A stretch of 64,000 nt of DNA from the human T2T-CHM13v2.0 reference genome, Homo sapiens. The stretch's first letter is position 1. The number at the start of each line of letters is the position of its first letter. A program made the position numbers and the translations under genes. The stretch is from NCBI RefSeq assembly GCF_009914755.1, contig NC_060936.1, one strand, 5' to 3'. Below are positions 55,916 to 64,000 of the stretch, piece by piece. The notes beneath the pieces were generated by a model. The model did not search any database. It saw only the letters and a program-made list of their open reading frames with translations, and had not been told where the DNA came from.

Positions 55916-58887
55916 AAAACCCCAATGATGCACCTCTTGCAAAAAAAAAAAAGCAAGAACAAACTAAGCCCAAAATTAGTCAGAGAAAAAATAAAGATCA
56001 TAGCACAAATTACCAAAATAGAGACTAAAAAATATACAAAAGATCAGCAAAACAAAAAGTTGGAATTTTTTTTGAAAAGATAAGCAAAATTGACAAACCA
56101 TTAGCTAGACTAACCAAAAAAAGAGAAAAGACTCAAAAAAGTTAGAAACAAAAAAGGAGACATTACAACTGATACCACAGATATGAAGGGTAATTGGAGA
56201 CTGTTACAAACAACTGTACACAAACAAATGGGAAAACCTAGAGGGAATAAATAAATCCTGGACACATGCAACTGACCAAGACTGAACTAGGAATAAATAG
56301 AAAACTTGAACAGACCAGTAATGAGTAACATCACTGAAGCTATAATAAAAAGTATCCCAACCAAAGAAAAGCCCAGGACTGGATGGCTTCATGGCTGAAT
56401 TCTATCAAACATTTAAAGAAGTAACACCAATTCTCTTCAAACTATTCCAAAAAAATTGAAAGAGAGGAAATTCTTCCAAACTCAGTGAGGCCAGCATTAT
56501 CTGAATACTAAAATGAGGCAAGAACACCACAAACAAAGAAAACTACAGGCCAGTACCCCTAATGAACATTGATGCAAACATCCTCAACAATATACTAGCA
56601 AATCAAATCTAAGTCAACAACACATCAAAAAGATTATACAGCATAATCAAGTGGAATTTATCCCAGGGATGCAAGGATAGTTCACCATTCACAAATGAAT
56701 AAATGTGATACATCACATCAATAGAATGAAGGGCAAAAACTGTGTGATCATCTCAATAGATGCAGAAAAATCATTTGATAAAATTCAACATCCCCTCATG
56801 ATAAAAACTCTCAACAAATTAGATATAGAAGAAACACATCAACAATAGTCATATATGACAAACTCACATGATATTTGTCATATATGACAAAATCATACTG
56901 AATGGGGAAAAGCTGAAAGCCTTTCCTCTAAGAACTGAACAAGATAAGGATGCCCACTTTCACCACTCATATTCAAAATAGTACTGGAAGTCCTAACAAA
57001 AGCAATTAGGCAAAAGAAATAAAGAACATCCAAATTGGAAAGAGTGAAGTAGAATTGCACCTGTTTGCAGATAACATCATCTTATATGTAGAAAAACCTA
57101 AAGATTTCAACAAAAAACTCTTAGAACTGATAAATTTAGTAAAGTAGGAGAATACAAAAATCAACATACAAAATCAGTAGCATTTCTATATATCAATAAA
57201 AAGGTAACTGCAAAAGAAATCAAGAAATCAATACCATTTAAAATAGCCACAGACTATGAATAAACTTAACCAAGGAGATGAAAGGTATCAACACTGAAAA
57301 TTATAAAACTTTGATGAAAGAAATTAAAGAAGACATAAACACACAAAATGAAAAGATATTCTATGTTCCTGGATTGAAGGAATAAATATTGTTAAAATGA
57401 CCATACTACTCAAAGTGATCTATAGAATCAATGCACTCCCTGACAAAATACCAATGACATTCTTTACAGAAATTGAAAAAAACAATCCTAAAATTTGCAT
57501 GGAATCATAAAAGATGCCCAATAGCCAAAACAACCCTGGGGGGGGGCAAAAAGAACCTGGAGGCATCATACTACCCCACCTCAAAATATACTGTAGAGCT
57601 ACAGTAACCAAAATAGCATGCTGCTAGCATAAACACAGACATAGAGACCAATGGAAAAGAATAAAGAACCCACAAATAAATCCATGTGTTTACAGCCAAC
57701 TGATTTTCAACAAGGCACCAAGAACATACATTGGAGGAAAGGACAGTCTTTTCAGTAAGTGGTGCTGGAAAAACTGAATATCCATATGCCGAAGAATGAG
57801 ACTAGATACCTATCTCTCACCATATAAAAAATCAATTCCAAATGGATTATAGTCCTGAAACTATGAAAGTACTAGAAGAAAACATAGGAAAAATGCTTCA
57901 GGACATTGGTTTGTTCAAAGATTTTATTAAAACCTCAAAAGCATAGGTAACAAATGAAAAAAATAGATAAATGAGATTGTATCTAATGAAAACGCTTCTT
58001 AAAAAGCAAAGGAAACAATTAATAGAAACAACCTACAGAATGGGAGGAAATATTTGAAAACTATTTATCCAACAAGGAATTAATATGCAGAACATATAAG
58101 AAATTCAAACAACTCAACAGCAAAAAAAAATTGATTTAAAAATGGAAAAATGATGTAAACAACATTTTTTTAAAGAAGGCATACAAATGGCCAACAAGTA
58201 TATGAGAAAATGCTCAACATTACTAATCATCAGGGAAATGTAAATAAAAGCCACAGTAAGATATCGTCTCACCCCAATTAGAGTGGCTATAATCAAAAAG
58301 ACAAAAAATAACAAATGCTGGCAAGGATGTGGAGAAAAGGAAACAGATATACTGTTGATGGAAATGTAAATTAGTACAGCCAATTTGGAAAACAGTATGG
58401 AAGTTTCTCAAAAAAACTAAAAATAGAACTAGCATACGATCCAAAAATCCCACTGCTGGGTGGATAGCTAAAGGAAATAAAATCAGTGTGTCAAAGGGAT
58501 ATCTGCACTCCTATGTTTATTGTAGCACTGTTCATAGTAGCCAAGATACAGAATCAACCTGTGTCCCTCAACAGATGATGAAATTAAAAAATGTGGTATA
58601 TATACACAATGAAATACTATTTAGCCATAAAAAAGAATACAATCTTGTCATTTGCAACAACATAAATGATCTGGGAGTACATTATATTAAATGAAATAAG
58701 CCAGGCACAGAAAGACAGATATCACATGTTCTTACACATATTTGGAAGCTAAATAAGTTGATATCATAGAATTAGAGATTAGAATATTGGTAATAGAAGC
58801 TGGGAAAAGGGGAGGAAAGTGGGGGATAAGGAGAGGCTAGATAATGAATACAAAATTACAGCTACATAGGAGGAATAAGTAAGTTCT

Positions 58888-59543
58888 TTTTTTTTTTCTT
58901 CTCCAACATTTATGTTCAGTGGTACATGTGCAGGATGCGCAGGTTTGTTACATAGGTAAACGTGTGCCATGGTGGTTTGCTGCACAGATCATCCCATCAC
59001 CCAGGTTTTAAGCCCAGCATCCATTAGCTATTCTTCCCGATGCTGTCCCTCCCTACAAGTCCCCCTCCGACAGGCCCCAGTGTCTGTTGTTCCCCCGCCC
59101 AACCCATGTGTCCATGTGTTCTCAGCATTCAGCTCCCACTTATAGGCAAGAACAAGTAGTGTTTGGTTTTCTGTCCCTGCATTAGTTTGCCAAGGATAAT
59201 GGCTTACAACTCCATCCATGTCCATGCAAAGGACATGATCTCATTCCTTTTTATGGCTGGATAGTATCCCATGGTGTATATGTACCACATTTTCTTTATC
59301 CATTCTATCATTGATGGGCATTCAGGTTGATTCCATGTCTTTGCTATTGTGAATGGTGCTGCAATGAACATATGTATGCATGTATCTTTATAATAGAATG
59401 ATTTATATTCCTTTGGCTATATGCCCAGTAACAGGATTTCTGGGTCAAATGGTATTTCTGCCTCTAGGTCTTTGAGGAGTTGCCACACTGTCTTCCACAA
59501 TGGTTGAACTAATTTACACTCCCACCAACAGTGTAAAAGCGTT
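58888..59543 (-). mobile_element. 5'-truncated L1PA11-13-like 3' end with TSD
   Basis: catccattagctattcttcc 3'UTR type; TSD ataggaggaataagt(aagt)tct at 58866-58887 and ataggaggaataagttct at 59545-59562. Confidence 0.93.
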
Positions 59544-61079
59544 GATAGGAGGAATAAGTTCTAATGCCCTATCACACCTTGTGTGACTTCTTCAAAATGT
59601 TATCTACTATCTCTATTCTTTCCTTCCCATTATAATTCCCTTGGGAGAGAATTCTCCAATTTACTGTAACACACATCTTACTGATTAGGTTTAATGCTAC
59701 ACTCCTTCAAGAGACTGCATTCTAACAGAGCAAAATGCAATGTAATCCAACAAATATTGATAAGTGAGAAGCCCTAAGTGAAGAATTGTTTCACCTTTCT
59801 TCAATGGAGTTCAAAAATGATTAAGACTTCTTAACATGCAAAAGGATATAATTTACAAGCCTCAGCCAAATAAATGAGACTGTAACTATAAAAAGATTTG
59901 GAGAAAGAAAGTGGCTTGAAGGAAGAGCTCCTCAAATCACACCACAAGGTGACTGACTGATTGTCTTATTTGTTAGGTTATCGCTAGGTTTCCCATGGGA
60001 CAGGGAGTAAGAGGCTCGCATTGCCACCACAAATTCAATAGATAACCTATGGTTAAGAGTAGGGGTGGTGTAGAGCAAGGGCAACTAGTCATATCCTGGA
60101 AAATAAATCTTCCAGCCAGTACCCCTTGGGAAAATATTCCCTCTGGAGCCATTGGGTCCACGTCATGGAACATTTCATAGGAAAGGCCTTGTCTCTCATA
60201 GGGTGCCTGCCAGAATATGTCTCAGTCATTCAGCTCCCCTCTAAAGAGGCAGAGAAAAGTGAGAAAGGAAATCTTTACTCGGATCAGATCTGCAACAACA
60301 CCTACAGTGGAGGCAAGAACCAGTTTTCTGACACTGGTTTTGCACTTCCGTTACACAGGTGGCCATAAGAAAATCATAAATTGCCCTGGGTCTGCAAGAT
60401 TTGCATGGTATATATTTTTCATCATTTTATTTTACCTTCTTTCCTGCACTGTGTCTGGATTTCTGCCATCTTCCTCTTTCTTTAATGCTCACTACTCTGA
60501 GCTTCTTCAGGGCATGTGCAGAGGCATCCCATCCAGGCTTGTTCTACTTCGATAGAACCATAATCTATATACTTTGATTTTTTTTCTCATGATCTCCATA
60601 AAAAACACATTGGTATATTAATGGCCTGACTTATTTACATCTGACAAAGTGGTTTACTCTAAACTGTTTATGACTGATGTTCACATCTCTTTTGGGGTTT
60701 AAGTATTTCATAATTACATTCCTCAACAAAATGTCCCCCCAAGTTTAACAGCAGTCATCATGACAGGCAATAGGGAAGATATTGGGAGATGGAAGCTTTT
60801 CACTGGACATTTCAGAACACACCTCATGAGCAACTGCCTACTTTGTTTCTGTGACAAGGGAATTCTGGATCCTAGATGATAAGTCTTGAAAGGGTCTGTG
60901 GCCTTGAAGGAGTAAAAAGAGTGAGACAATCAGTCTTGCTTTGTTCCACCTTAAAAGTCAGGAAGACAGCTCAGTTCAACACTTAATGACTTCGAGCAAA
61001 TTTATTTCTGGAGACTCTCAACCCCTCCAATACATCTATAATTAGCTTTTTTTAAATTCTTAAAAGCCATTTTAAAATT

Positions 61080-62110
61080 TAATGTCATTGTGGATGAAAT
61101 CATGCTTTGTGTGATTTGAACTCTCTTACATGTATTGAGACTCATTTTATGGCCCAAAACATAATTTATTCTGGTGGATGTGCACGGAATGTGTATTCTA
61201 CTGTTGTTGGATACAGTGTGCTGTAAATGTGAATTAGAACAAGTTGGCTGATAGTGTTGTTTAAGTCTTCAATCAACGTTTTGTCTACTTGTTCTGTCAA
61301 TTACTGAGAGAAGAGTGTTGAAATATCTAGCTATAGTTACTGACTTTTTATTTCTCCCTTAAATTGTACCAGTTTTTGCTTTGTATATTTTGAAATGTTA
61401 TTACTAGGTGCACACACATTTAGGACTGTTATAAACTATTGAGGAAGTTACTCAAATATATCATTATTAAATATACTTCTTTGTCCTTGGTTATGTTCTT
61501 CTTTCTAAAGTCTACTTTTTGATATTAGTATAGCCATTCTAGCTATCTCATGATGAATGTTTGCATGGTATATATTTTTCTTCATTTTATTTTACCTTAT
61601 CTTTTATTTTACCTTATCTGTGTCTTTATATTTAAATTGAATTTCTTATAGAATGTATTTAGCTGAGTCTTGCTTTCTTTTCCAATTTGACAATTTCTGC
61701 TTTTTAATTGTGGTGTTTACACCATTTATATTTAATGTGTTTAATGTTTGGGTTTAAATTGATCATCTTGCTATTTGTTTTATCTTTGTTCCATCTATTT
61801 TTTGTTTCCTTTTTTCTCATTTTTTGGTCTTTTCTTTTCTTGGTTAATTGAGTACTTTTGTTATTCCATTTCATCTATATTATTGGCTTATTAGCTTTAC
61901 CTCTTTGTTGTAATTTTTAAGGGGTGCTCTAGAGTTCACAATAATCTCTAAATTATTAGAGCCTACCCTGAAATACATCATTAAAACTATAGTCTAAGAA
62001 CCTCTTGACAGTATATTTCCATTCTCCATATCCCCCCTCCAGTTATGCTATTATTTTCATGTATTTTTGCTATATACACAATGAATTATCAGTTTTGATT
62101 TAAAAGTCAA
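61080..62110 (-). mobile_element. Old L1M ORF2 endonuclease-region fragment
   Basis: aatgtgtattctactgttgttgg, gagagaagagtgttgaaatatc, tttgcatggtatatattttt, ccatttatatttaatgt. Confidence 0.85.
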
Positions 62111-62639
62111 TCTTCTTTTCAAGAATAAATCTATACTTTAATGTAAAATTTTTCAATTTAAAATGTTAGCCACAAATTCAGAAAAATTAAAAGCAAAGTG
62201 CAGGGCTCATTATGTGTAGATCAAATGACATTTATCTATGGTTAAAAATATTGTGTTGAATATATTATTCTACAACTTGTTTATTTCCCTCGCTCCTATG
62301 TCATGTAGATTTTTGCAGTGCTACCCTCTCATTAACTGCTTAGTGTTTTTTGGATAGACATATCATGGCTTATTCAACCATGTCGATGGGCATTTAGGTG
62401 TTAGCTCATTTTCACACTGCTATAAGCAATTAGTGGGCTGCCTGCCTTCTTAGATAGCCCCATCAGGGTCTGAGACAGGGGAACGAATAAATAACTTCTT
62501 CAAGTAGGCCTAGAAATTTATGCTTTGTAAGATAAGATCCCAAAGAGTCTAGTTTCACCTAATTAATGATAATTTATCTAATTCAATTATGTTTATAATT
62601 TCAAAAAAATATAAGAAATGGAATATTCCTTTAGGAGTA

Positions 62640-62790
62640 AGCCTAGATGTCATATAATTCACCCCTCTCACGTTCTGAATGGAAGGAAAAAAAAAAAAAA
62701 ACATGAAGCCAGAGAGAAGTCACTTGCACAGCTAGTTCTTACGAAATCGGATTTGAAATCCAGGTCTCCTGATTCCCAGGTCAGGGTATT
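62640..62790 (-). mobile_element. MIR
   Basis: gccagagagaagtcacttgcacagctagt...atttgaaatccaggtctcctgattcccagg. Confidence 0.75.
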
Positions 62791-62829
62791 GATTTGGAGG
62801 GACAATTAGCCCAAATACAAAACCTTTGA

Positions 62830-63760
<931 letters not shown>

Positions 63761-63894
63761 CCTTTTAGCTTTTAGTTAAACATTCCTGTTTTTTGAGAAT
63801 ATTTGAATCCTTATGCTATTGTCTTTCTCTGTAACATACCTCACACAAATTTGTTAAATAACCGTTGTATGCTTTTATAAAAATCACTGAAGAA

Positions 63895-64000
63895 GGCTGG
63901 GAGCAGTGGCTCACACATGTAGTCCCAGCAGTTTGGGAGGCCAAGGCAGGAGAATCACTTGAGGCCAGGAGCTGGAGACCAGACTGAGCAACATAGTAAG
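63895..64000 (+). mobile_element. Alu (AluJ/FLAM) 5' end, cut by window end
   Basis: ggctgggagcagtggctcac...tttgggaggccaaggcaggagaatcacttgaggccaggag. Confidence 0.9.

Larger units (their letters stand above)
55520..59590 (+). mobile_element. L1MA-type (about L1MA3-5) ORF2 plus 3'UTR, interrupted by an Alu and an L1PA
   Basis: Continuous degenerate ORF2 (gcccaggactggatggcttcatggctgaattc, tgtttgcagataacat) and L1MA 3'UTR (tacaaaattacagcta...aggaataagttcta). Confidence 0.92.

Overview
Primate (human/hominoid-type) non-coding genomic DNA, intergenic or deep intronic. I could not recognise any host protein-coding exon, RNA gene or CRISPR array. The window is dominated by transposable elements. 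The main one is a full-length (~6.0 kb) minus-strand L1PA2/late-L1PA3 at 21122-27138. It has a 9-bp TSD, a disrupted ORF1, an ORF2 broken by a single 5-bp deletion, and an intact antisense ORF0 with both splice donors. Other elements are several truncated L1PA/L1M/HAL1 copies, about 9 Alu/FLAM copies, many MIR and L2 relics, MaLR (MLT1) LTRs, and DNA transposons (MER20, Zaphod with hAT transposase remnant, half MADE1). Beyond these I found local rearrangement scars: a 3x87-bp in-frame tandem repeat, several other short tandem duplications, two fold-back (template-switch-like) palindromes inside L1s, and a 39-bp L1 segment copied 1.16 kb away. There are also a few candidate exons and regulatory motif clusters. 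Subfamily calls are from recalled consensus features, not a database search. Boundaries of old elements are approximate (+/- 20-50 bp).
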